A DNA stretch of 64,000 nt, from IMG/VR virus record IMGVR_UViG_3300035454_001750; one strand, 5' to 3'. The DNA comes from a virus. Position numbers and translations under genes: made by a program. Below the pieces are notes generated by a model, which was not told where the DNA came from, made no database searches, and was given only the letters and a program-made list of their open reading frames with translations. This document shows positions 9,024-17,486 of this stretch, piece by piece; within the stretch, counting starts at the first letter, position 1; every line of letters starts with the position of its first letter.

Positions 9024-10568
9024 TTAAAAAAAACTGCCTAAAAATGGACGTCCCATTGATAGCTTCTGTAACACATAAACTTGGTCTGAAGTAGTGAACT
9101 CATCCTCACGTACAACCAATTTATTTATGCGCATAATGCCTAATTTCTTTTCCCTTCCTGTTTTATCTTGATTTAGACCATACATTGCTGTAACATGGGC
9201 ATATTTTCTTTTGTCCTCTGAAAAGTTTTTCTGCCCTAATGTATCTTTTCCATAAGCATCTGCATCAGCTTGTGTAGGGGCAATGACTAAACAATTATCT
9301 TCTTGGGATATTGCTCTCAACCCTTTCCACTTTTCATTTTCTTGATGCCTAAACTCCATTTTTGTTTCAGGTGCCATAATGTCAGGGTAGTCAACTAAAA
9401 CAAGTTCAGGTGCAAAATCTTCATCTTCTTTTAATTTTTGTAAAATCCTTTTTATTTCAGTTATGGTCAATGTTCCATTCGGGTACGTTAATAATTTAAT
9501 ACTCCGGCCAGAATCAATAAAAAACTTTTTAGCCAATGTTTTAGCAGTACGCCCGGTTAATGGTGTTTTTATTTCTTTTTTCTGTAACCATGTCGTACCC
9601 CATTGATTTTTTGTCCACTCCGGGCAATTATAACAATTTTTGTAATTAGGAAAATCAGTATGTGCCTGAATTAATTCTTGCATTGTTACCGTTTCCCGTA
9701 TTTCATGTTCAGGCTTGAAAAATATACCGAAAGAGCACTCACGTATTTGTTTATGACAAGTATCAGCTTGATTCTTTATACAATCCTGAACAGGTACGTA
9801 TTGCACACCACAATATTTTTCTTTGTCTGATTTATTTGCAAGGTAGATACAAATACGTTTTAATTGCTGATGTTTGGTCATATCCCCGGCTTGAAAAAAT
9901 GCAATTTTTCTGCCTTGTTTATAGGCTCGCATCATAAACTCAAGCAACCAGAACGTTTTTCCTCGTTTTTCTGGAGCAAGTAAAGCAACTAAACCACCAC
10001 GAATTAACTGGTCGTTCCAAAACTCACCCAGCGCACCGGGAAATTTTATTACATTTTGGTTTTCCGTGTTAAATGCCTCATCAATTTCATCCAGTAGTTT
10101 AGGGTCACTTAAATCCAGTACTTTTTCATCTTCTTTCTTTTCAAATTTATTTAACTTAAAATTATCAATTTCTTTTTGCGCCTCTTCTACCCTCCCTTTT
10201 TCTAACAAATTATCGAGCAATTCTTTATGCAATGTAATTTGCCTTCCTATGAAGTACTGGTGTGTTTCATCAAGTAAATTTTCAATGTCCAGTGTTGTAT
10301 TTTCATACTCCTCTGATAAACTTGGCAATATCTCCTGTTCTATTTCCTCTGCAAGGTCTTTATCAATCCCACGTTTAAGTTTCTTGATATAAACCATTTC
10401 AATATTTCTGTTCGGTGCCTTTCCATATTTTTTGAAATACTCCCAGCACCAACCAGCAATCATTCTGGCAGCAGAACTTTCTAAATATTGTGGGTTCCAG
10501 TCCTTTTCCAATTCTTTCAAGTAACCGGTATAAACAATTAACCCAATTAATATCTTTCTTTCTATCAT
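9024..10568 (-). CDS. dnaB: DnaB-like replicative helicase
   Basis: Walker A APEKRGKT, Walker B LVDYPD, PTQ and SED motifs; Cys-rich insertion. Confidence 0.88.
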   Translation of the reverse strand: MIERKILIGLIVYTGYLKELEKDWNPQYLESSAARMIAGWCWEYFKKYGKAPNRNIEMVYIKKLKRGIDKDLAEEIEQEILPSLSEEYENTTLDIENLLDETHQYFIGRQITLHKELLDNLLEKGRVEEAQKEIDNFKLNKFEKKEDEKVLDLSDPKLLDEIDEAFNTENQNVIKFPGALGEFWNDQLIRGGLVALLAPEKRGKTFWLLEFMMRAYKQGRKIAFFQAGDMTKHQQLKRICIYLANKSDKEKYCGVQYVPVQDCIKNQADTCHKQIRECSFGIFFKPEHEIRETVTMQELIQAHTDFPNYKNCYNCPEWTKNQWGTTWLQKKEIKTPLTGRTAKTLAKKFFIDSGRSIKLLTYPNGTLTITEIKRILQKLKEDEDFAPELVLVDYPDIMAPETKMEFRHQENEKWKGLRAISQEDNCLVIAPTQADADAYGKDTLGQKNFSEDKRKYAHVTAMYGLNQDKTGREKKLGIMRINKLVVREDEFTTSDQVYVLQKLSMGRPFLGSFF

Positions 10569-10691
10569 TTTAATCTTGTATTTTTAACCCGTTTTTTTTA
10601 ACTTTTACCCATACACCCATATAAAACCATGTTTTACAGGTAAAACCCCGTTAAAAGTAAGGAAAACACGTTGAAACAGGGGTAATTTGGC

Positions 10692-11255
10692 CTAACTTTT
10701 ACCGTATGGTAATTTTTCCACAATTTTACACATTCTGTCAATACGACTTGTGATACGTTGATCGGCCAAACGTATTTCCAACTGGTCTAAACTATGATTG
10801 CAAGTAATGATAGTTTTCCCTAAATTCTCATACCTTGCATTTATGATTTGATAGAGTATGTCCATAACCCAATCAGTCGTTCTGGAACTTCCAAAATCAT
10901 CAATTACCAACATACCGCAATCCATATACGTTTGGAGTTTGTCTTTTTCAGTATTTCCTTGTTGGGAACTATACGTGTATCGTATGCTTGCCAACATATC
11001 GGCAAAATTAACAAACTCGAAACCAATCACAGCACCGGGTTTCTCAAGATACTGGTTTTTCATTTCCTGTAACATCATTTGTGCTGCAAGGATTGTTTTA
11101 CCTGTGCCTGTTTTTCCGTAAATGTATGTGCTTTCAATTATTTCCTCATTCAGCATATTTGGTAACGTTAACAAATCACGCTGAATACGTGGAGAGAAAC
11201 TTGCTTTTATTACAGTTTGTCGGAACGTACTATTCCATCTTTCTTCTGTTCTCAT
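10692..11255 (-). CDS. DnaC/IstB-like helicase loader
   Basis: YGKTGTGKT, LVIDDFG, IINARYE, TIITCN, RITSRI. Confidence 0.92.
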   Translation of the reverse strand: MRTEERWNSTFRQTVIKASFSPRIQRDLLTLPNMLNEEIIESTYIYGKTGTGKTILAAQMMLQEMKNQYLEKPGAVIGFEFVNFADMLASIRYTYSSQQGNTEKDKLQTYMDCGMLVIDDFGSSRTTDWVMDILYQIINARYENLGKTIITCNHSLDQLEIRLADQRITSRIDRMCKIVEKLPYGKS

Positions 11256-12046
11256 ATTTGTATTGGTTTTTTATAAGTTAATGTTTCACCACTTTGATAT
11301 CCTGTTTTTCTTTCTTCTGGTTTTCTTAATGTCATAAGTTTAGGATCATCCAGCCAACGGCTTTGATTAAGCCATGTGCTTGCATAGGGTATAAATTGAG
11401 GGTTTGACCATTGTTCTGTTTTCTTTTGTTTAGTTAGCGCCCGTTTAAGAATTGACCACGTTGGTTTATCCTTTTTCTGGCAAAGTTTGTTCCATGCTGT
11501 TCTGGCAACACCCTTACTTTTTTTATTTGGATATATTTCCCAAAAAATATCAAATTTTGTTGGTGTTATATTATTCAAACTACTACCACTAAGCGCATTT
11601 TCATCAAAAATGCGCATATTATTTTTATTATTTTTATTATTAAGCATTTTATTATTAGTATATAAAGCATTTGGGGTAAGGTTCCCCACAGTATGGGGAA
11701 AGCCATACTGTGGGTTTCCGTGAGTATGGCTTTCCCAGATAAATTTTATTTGGATATAATGTCCTTTTATTGTTTTTGAATTTTCATCAAATTCTTTAAT
11801 ATCTTCTATGAACCCTAATTGTATAAGGGTTTTTTTGGTTTTACGTACTTTATCATTAGACCATTTTAAGCCTTTTGCAGCATAGTTAGTTGTTGCCCTC
11901 ACTTTATTTGTATTTTGCCATTTTGCAGTATAATAATAAAAATGATATAAGGCAATCAAATCAGAAGGTTTTTCCTGTGCAAGGAAAATATCAAATGTAA
12001 TTTTGGAGGTTACTAACGGTTCTTGATTCCTGTCGAATGTTATCAT
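11252..12046 (-). CDS. Phage replication initiator (lambda O-like architecture)
   Basis: N-terminal wHTH; C-terminal FDIFWEIYPNK...PYASTWLNQSRWLD; followed by a DnaC-like loader. Confidence 0.85.
   Translation of the reverse strand: MITFDRNQEPLVTSKITFDIFLAQEKPSDLIALYHFYYYTAKWQNTNKVRATTNYAAKGLKWSNDKVRKTKKTLIQLGFIEDIKEFDENSKTIKGHYIQIKFIWESHTHGNPQYGFPHTVGNLTPNALYTNNKMLNNKNNKNNMRIFDENALSGSSLNNITPTKFDIFWEIYPNKKSKGVARTAWNKLCQKKDKPTWSILKRALTKQKKTEQWSNPQFIPYASTWLNQSRWLDDPKLMTLRKPEERKTGYQSGETLTYKKPIQI
11620..11736. promoter_or_regulatory. Candidate replication origin inside the initiator gene
   Basis: 12-bp inverted repeat CCCACAGTATGG-N6-CCATACTGTGGG (11685-11714), a third inverted copy at 11723-11736, and an adjacent AT-rich tract. 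Confidence 0.6.
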
Positions 12047-12252
12047 GACTAATAATTTAAAATTAAAAGGGTTCCGGAGTGCCGTCCTTTCCCCTTTTAA
12101 TTACACATTATGTCAAAAACTAAAAAAACGAAGTATTTTGTATTGATACCGGCACATATCATAATTTTTTAGTAAGTAGTGTAAAATTAAATAAAATTTT
12201 TTAAAAAACCAAAAAAATTGTAAATACTTTTAAACCAAATACTTATACTTTT

Positions 12253-12576
12253 TTAAATAACATTCCTTCTTATCCTTTTTATTTTGGATTTTTCTGTGGG
12301 CTTGTTACACCTACCGGTCCAAAAATAATACTCCCACGATAAAAATCGTAACCGGTTACTAACATCATTTACCCAAACACCGGCATGACAGTTAATGGAT
12401 GTACCATGTCCTTTATACTCTTTTGGAGGGTTTTGTATAACGTGCTCTGTCCCCATTGTGAATCCAAACAGTTTTGCCCGGCGTGGTTCTTTCCTTATTT
12501 TGATTATGTTACCTACCTGATAACACCTCTCACTTGGTAATACTCCTTCCATTTTCAAGTTCTTTTTTAAGCTCAT
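12253..12576 (-). CDS. Hypothetical protein
   Basis: ORF in operon orientation. Confidence 0.6.
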   Translation of the reverse strand: MSLKKNLKMEGVLPSERCYQVGNIIKIRKEPRRAKLFGFTMGTEHVIQNPPKEYKGHGTSINCHAGVWVNDVSNRLRFLSWEYYFWTGRCNKPTEKSKIKRIRRNVI

Positions 12577-12790
12577 GAATAATCATATTTAATACATGGA
12601 TTCTTTCTATTTTCCTATCTTCAGGCCACCAAAATTGGTATGCTCTTGAAATGTGCGCTGGTTTATGTGCCATGAGTTCTTTCCAGTTTTCATTATCCCA
12701 AATATCAAAAATAAGTAGTTCCTCCTTATGAAGATATGCTACCGCTATAATAATGCAGTAACATAACCCAATACGGACGCACAAAATCAA
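12530..12790 (-). pseudogene. 5'-truncated paralog of the KP..WW family
   Basis: Strong similarity to 13802..14170 from IGLCYCII onward; N-terminus missing and an in-frame TAG lies just upstream. Confidence 0.6.
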
Positions 12791-12923
12791 CTACACTTTT
12801 TGATGAGTTTATTTGGTGCATTTCATTGGATGGGATTTTCCTGTAAACATTGGTATCCACTTCTTGAGCAACTGGAAAATCCATAATTTTGTTTCTTACT
12901 ATTTTGTTTCTTACTCTTTTCAT
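12726..12923 (-). pseudogene. Possible truncated RadC/JAB-type N-terminus
   Basis: VAQEVDTNVYRKIPSNEMHQINSSKSVVDFVRPYW resembles the leader of Bacteroidota RadC-like proteins; no JAB catalytic motif follows. Confidence 0.35.
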
Positions 12924-13138
12924 TCTTCACCCTCCCATTCATAAGCGTTGTTTTCATCAATATACACAGACTTGTAAATTCCATATTTGCATGGGATAAT
13001 AAACCGGTCCGGCTGTGATTTCCAGACCTTTGTATTTCCATTCCTTCGGGCACGTACCCGGGAACCATCTTTGTTTTTTAAGGTTTTATGTTCAAACCTA
13101 TTTAACTTTGTACAATTTTTTCGTGTTACTTTTTCCAT
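12920..13138 (-). CDS. Hypothetical small phage protein
   Basis: ATG after an AT-rich leader; ATGA overlap with the next ORF. Confidence 0.65.
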   Translation of the reverse strand: MEKVTRKNCTKLNRFEHKTLKNKDGSRVRARRNGNTKVWKSQPDRFIIPCKYGIYKSVYIDENNAYEWEGEE

Positions 13139-13351
13139 AGTATTAAAATTTTAATTTGTTTTTGTATAAATTGTTTCTCCATTTGAAAATCTGCCTACAA
13201 CAATTAATGGTTCTGAATTTTCGGTGTAAATTTTTTCAATAAGTTCTACTACTTTTCCTTGCTTCCTTTTCGGAATTAGCGGGTACTATATAATATGAAT
13301 TATATAGTACTGTACCATGCCATACCATTTTTACATATACTGTGTAAGTGT

Positions 13352-13651
13352 TCATTCTGTTAATTTTATCATTTTGTCAAACGCATTTAATCTGCGTTTA
13401 ATTTGATTTACTTCCCACCAAAAATAATTTCTTTTTGAATTGGGCTTTACTAATAACATTTCTGGTAGAAATTCGTAAAGATCATAGAAATTATGTCGTT
13501 TAATTTCTATTCCGTAGCGCATAAGTATTTGAATACATGAAAAACATATTCCTGTTTTATAGATTCCATTTTCAATATAGTGTTCTTTTGCTTGTTTGTA
13601 AATGGAATTACGTATGTCCTTACTTATTTGTTTTTTGATTATATTAGCCAT
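13352..13651 (-). CDS. KP..WW family protein
   Basis: IYKQAK, GICFSC, LPEMLLVKP, FWW, RRLNAFDKMI. Confidence 0.75.
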   Translation of the reverse strand: MANIIKKQISKDIRNSIYKQAKEHYIENGIYKTGICFSCIQILMRYGIEIKRHNFYDLYEFLPEMLLVKPNSKRNYFWWEVNQIKRRLNAFDKMIKLTE

Positions 13652-13839
13652 AGTTTTATTTTTTTAATAGGTTCTAACCATTCTTCAATCTGTTCTTTTC
13701 TTTTTTTAACAGCATCAATATATTCCTGATCATACCAACCACTGTTTTTAGCTATGGCTTTTTCCTGTGCTTCAAGGTTTTTTAATTCCTTTGATAAAGT
13801 ACTAATTCTGGCTAACTGTTGTTGAAGATGTTTGTTCAT
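13639..13839 (-). CDS. Small coiled-coil hypothetical protein
   Basis: Overlaps neighbouring ORFs in operon orientation. Confidence 0.6.
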   Translation of the reverse strand: MNKHLQQQLARISTLSKELKNLEAQEKAIAKNSGWYDQEYIDAVKKRKEQIEEWLEPIKKIKLWLI

Positions 13840-14170
13840 TTTTCAATTTATTTTTAAGTTCATTAATTATTGCATCCAGCACACCCAGCCTTTTAATGTA
13901 GTCGTGTTCATCCCACCAAAAGTCAAACCAATCCAAAATACCTTCTGGTTTATGTGACATAAACTCTGACCATGTTTTATCATGCCAAATGTCATGATTA
14001 CACAGGTATTGATTATGTAAAATTTTTACCGCTGAAATAATGCAGTAACATAATCCGATTGGAAGCCCGGTTGGAATGCCTTTTTTTTCATAGTCAGTCA
14101 CACCAAACTCCAGATAAAATTGTTTTGCCTTTTCATAAATGGCAATTTTTTGTTCAACTGTGTAATTCAT
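13802..14170 (-). CDS. KP..WW family protein
   Basis: Start MNYTVEQK (ATGA overlap); GLCYCII, HKP, FWW, RLGVLDAIINE. Confidence 0.75.
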   Translation of the reverse strand: MNYTVEQKIAIYEKAKQFYLEFGVTDYEKKGIPTGLPIGLCYCIISAVKILHNQYLCNHDIWHDKTWSEFMSHKPEGILDWFDFWWDEHDYIKRLGVLDAIINELKNKLKNEQTSSTTVSQN

Positions 14171-14385
14171 TTTTGTACCTCCTTTAACCATTTTTCGTTT
14201 AGGCTGTCCCAATATTCCCAGCCTTCTACTGTTTCACTCCATAGAAAGACACAATCAAGAAAATCATCTGGTTCTTTTACATTTAGCCACTCAATCATGG
14301 CACCTTTTCTGTGTTCACCAAAATTGGTAAAGTAAGAATCAAAAGCATTTTCCCGCTTGAGGAAATCAATAAATTTTTCTACCAT
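14167..14385 (-). CDS. Small Trp-rich hypothetical protein
   Basis: FLWSETVEGWEYW; operon context. Confidence 0.7.
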   Translation of the reverse strand: MVEKFIDFLKRENAFDSYFTNFGEHRKGAMIEWLNVKEPDDFLDCVFLWSETVEGWEYWDSLNEKWLKEVQK

Positions 14386-14397
14386 GATGCTTAATTT

Positions 14398-14784
14398 TTA
14401 AAGTGAATCATACGTTTGTTTTAATCCCGGTTGACGCATAAATAGCCATTTAAACGTGTATTTTTCACACGCCATACCCATGCAACGAACATCATCGTTA
14501 TCATCTTTTATTGCCATTCGTACAAAGGAATCCCAAAGGTTGAATGTTTTATCCAAAATAGCTTTTACTTCCTTTCTGTCCATTGTAGGGGTAATTCTTG
14601 TTTTGTAATAATCCTCACACTCAGCACAAAGTTGATTAAGGAGTGCAGACACTCCTTGTGTGTAATCATAAGTTCTGCACATTTCCAGTAATTTTTCATC
14701 TAAAAACATAGTTATTGATTTAAGTATTTTTCCCAGTAAATATCTGTTTTGGGGTTCCTTTCCCCACGTATCCCACCGTTCCAA
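14398..14784 (-). CDS. Hypothetical protein (start uncertain, possibly 14709)
   Basis: ORF in operon orientation. Confidence 0.55.
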   Translation of the reverse strand: MERWDTWGKEPQNRYLLGKILKSITMFLDEKLLEMCRTYDYTQGVSALLNQLCAECEDYYKTRITPTMDRKEVKAILDKTFNLWDSFVRMAIKDDNDDVRCMGMACEKYTFKWLFMRQPGLKQTYDSL

Positions 14785-15137
14785 CGCCGGGCAGCAAGTT
14801 CTTCATTCCAATCAGGATTTACAATTTCCTGATAGGTAATAAACATTTCAATACTTTTTAAACTATCCCACCTATCTTCCAATGAGTACCGTTCCTCTTT
14901 TAAAAGCCGGTTTACTTCATGTATCATAATAGGCCAGATTTGAAGTAGTCCTATGGCTTTTCCATTGTCACCAACAGCCATAGGATTTCCTTCTGATTCA
15001 ATTTGGATTATCTTTTCCAGCACCATTTGTTTGTGCTGTTCAAAATAATCTATTTCTATATACTCCCATGTTGCTTCATGGTGATTACACACCATCGAGA
15101 TTAGCAACATCGGAAATGTTATCCACCTCCGTTTCAT
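14712..15137 (-). CDS. Lysozyme-like / lytic transglycosylase with N-terminal hydrophobic segment
   Basis: IIQIESEG...AIGLLQI (catalytic Glu and GLMQ-like motif), WNGG. Confidence 0.8.
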   Translation of the reverse strand: MKRRWITFPMLLISMVCNHHEATWEYIEIDYFEQHKQMVLEKIIQIESEGNPMAVGDNGKAIGLLQIWPIMIHEVNRLLKEERYSLEDRWDSLKSIEMFITYQEIVNPDWNEELAARRWNGGIRGERNPKTDIYWEKYLNQ

Positions 15138-15411
15138 TTATTATTTATTTAAATTTCTTGATTCTTATATTTCTTGCATTTTTACGAATTTTAGTAGACC
15201 ACCAATAATCGTCCTCATCTATTTCTTTTTTTGGTTTTAATGCAAAAAATTAAGGCAGCTCAAACTTATAAAGTTCACGAAAACCAACAACATCTAAAGC
15301 ATCTGCTATTGCATCACACATGGATATACGGGATGTTTCACGATAGTACTCCTCCAATGCGTTTTTGTACAGTTGATTTCTTTCCTTTTTTGTAAATTTA
15401 GTCTTTTCCAT
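15085..15411 (-). pseudogene. KP..WW family paralog interrupted by in-frame TAA codons
   Basis: Hand translation MEKTKFTKKERNQLYKNA...ELP*FFALKPKKEIDEDDYWW...RIKKFK*IINE; TAA at 15250-15252 and 15145-15147. Confidence 0.75.
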
Positions 15412-15718
15412 TTTCACAAAGTTTTATCATTTCATCTAATTTTTCGATTCTTATTTGTCTATCTTCAATAGGCCACCAAAGGTTATCCACATTATTAATC
15501 TTTTCTGGTTTTACCATAAGTAATTCAGGAAAGTAATCATATAAATATTCACTATAATGCTTACCTTTCCCAAATTTATCATATTCATTATTTCTAAGAC
15601 GTTTAATTAATAGTCTATTAAGAACTATACACAATGCACATTCATCATATTGAAGATCATTTTGTACATATTTGTACATTTCTATACGTTCTTCTTTTGT
15701 AAATACAGTCTTTTCCAT
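15398..15718 (-). CDS. KP..WW family protein
   Basis: MEKTVFTKEERIEMY, ALC, FPELLMVKP, LWW, RIEKLDEMI. Confidence 0.75.
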   Translation of the reverse strand: MEKTVFTKEERIEMYKYVQNDLQYDECALCIVLNRLLIKRLRNNEYDKFGKGKHYSEYLYDYFPELLMVKPEKINNVDNLWWPIEDRQIRIEKLDEMIKLCENGKD

Positions 15719-15903
15719 ATTTTATTTTTTAATTAATTTTTTATAACATTCATCACATTGTATTATTCCTTTTTGTTTTTATCCAATTTTCATTGTACAC
15801 AGGATGGAATTTCCCTGTTTTTTCTTTTCCACAAGCATCACACTTTCTTTTCTTTTCCATATTTGTATTTCATTTTAACCCTGTTCATGTATCGCCCATT
15901 TTT

Positions 15904-16584
15904 TCATAAAACTACCCCTTCTATAAAAACTTTATATATTTTTTCCAAGGACTTTTCATCTATGTAAAGACACCCTACTTTCACATTTAATTTAATTTCA
16001 GGTTTCACATCTCCTTCTAAACCCACACCATCTCCGGTGCCAAATAGTTCTTTTGCTTTTTTAAAATTGTAGAGAAACATCCCTACTCCACGCACCTCTT
16101 TCCATGTATTTTCAAATAAGTACATCTTCCCTTTTCCTACAAGAAATTGGTAACTGCCAATATCAAATAACAGAAGGGTTTCATTCCTTATTTCATCAGT
16201 TGTTGCCAACCTCTTATAGATGCTGCTAAATTCATTTACGGCATCAATCGTAGCATGATTAGGCCACGTCTTGTTACCAAACCCTTGAAAATTTATTATC
16301 TGTACCGCTTTTTTGGTGTGTTCATTAAACACCCAATCACCTGCTTTGAAAGGGTCTTGTATTTCTACCACTTCAAAGAACTCACCCATAAATGGTTTTT
16401 TTGAAATTGTTACAGGATTGTTGCGAACAGCATCTCTTTCATGTTGGATATATTCGAGTATTTCCTCGTCAGGGACAACCACGTCAACAATGCTATATTT
16501 GTATTTTTCACGGTATTCTTTTACAGAAATAACGTCATCCTTCATGTTGAAAGGTGTGTCTTTTAATACTTTAATCTTTTTCAT
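15904..16584 (-). CDS. Hypothetical protein
   Basis: 226-aa ORF coupled to the primase stop. Confidence 0.7.
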   Translation of the reverse strand: MKKIKVLKDTPFNMKDDVISVKEYREKYKYSIVDVVVPDEEILEYIQHERDAVRNNPVTISKKPFMGEFFEVVEIQDPFKAGDWVFNEHTKKAVQIINFQGFGNKTWPNHATIDAVNEFSSIYKRLATTDEIRNETLLLFDIGSYQFLVGKGKMYLFENTWKEVRGVGMFLYNFKKAKELFGTGDGVGLEGDVKPEIKLNVKVGCLYIDEKSLEKIYKVFIEGVVL

Positions 16585-17480
16585 AATGTTTTAATTTTTT
16601 CTAATAACTCTTTCACTTCTTTTTGTCGCATACTTCCGGGGTCACCTTTAATTTTCACATTAAAAGCATCTACTCCACGGAATTTAAGTTCAGCAATTAA
16701 TTTCTTTGCTTGAACTTGCGCTTGTGGATCATCATCAAATACCACTGCCACACGTTTAAATATGGTAGCGATTAAACGTACCTGTGCCGGAGTGTAAGCA
16801 ATTCCACTAACTGCAAACGCTTGTTTTCCGATACGCCAGACATCAGTAGGACCTTCCACACAAATACCTAATTCAGGATTCCATTTTTCTTGGTCACCGT
16901 ACAAGATACGTTTGTGTTCTATTTCCTCATATTCTTTAGGGCACGCCTGATATTTGTTCCTTTGTTTATCAGTTATATCACGTGCATCAAAAGAAACAGG
17001 AACACCATTCCAAATATAAGGGATTACAATTCGGAAACGGTAGTCAATTTTATCTATTTTTGATAGAGGCCCAGTACCTTTTATGAACCAATCCTTTTGT
17101 AGTTCTTCAGGAATGAACCCACGTTTTCTAAGGTACTTTTTATGATTTTCTTGTAATGCACTGGTATTAGATGGAAAAGTAAATTCTTTTTTGTCGATTT
17201 TTACTTTTTTTACCTGTGCGTACGTACGTCCGTATTGCCGGGCAATATTCCATGCCTCATTATCTGAAACATGGATTAACTCGGCAATGGTACGAATCAT
17301 AGGTTTCCAGCCACATCTCCAGCAGTAATAATACTCCTCTTCGATATGCCAACCTAAATGCAATCCGGCATTACCTGTACAGAATGGGCACTCAGTGTTG
17401 ACCCATCCCGGCCTACAATGTTTATGTCCTTCTGTACGGTGTTCTATCCCAAAGTCACGGTATAAACCAATAATGTCCAT
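16581..17480 (-). CDS. DNA primase (Zn finger + TOPRIM)
   Basis: CPFC...CWRC zinc ribbon; CVEGPTD and FDDD TOPRIM motifs; DPG. Confidence 0.9.
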   Translation of the reverse strand: MDIIGLYRDFGIEHRTEGHKHCRPGWVNTECPFCTGNAGLHLGWHIEEEYYYCWRCGWKPMIRTIAELIHVSDNEAWNIARQYGRTYAQVKKVKIDKKEFTFPSNTSALQENHKKYLRKRGFIPEELQKDWFIKGTGPLSKIDKIDYRFRIVIPYIWNGVPVSFDARDITDKQRNKYQACPKEYEEIEHKRILYGDQEKWNPELGICVEGPTDVWRIGKQAFAVSGIAYTPAQVRLIATIFKRVAVVFDDDPQAQVQAKKLIAELKFRGVDAFNVKIKGDPGSMRQKEVKELLEKIKTL

Positions 17481-17486
17481 CGCTCA

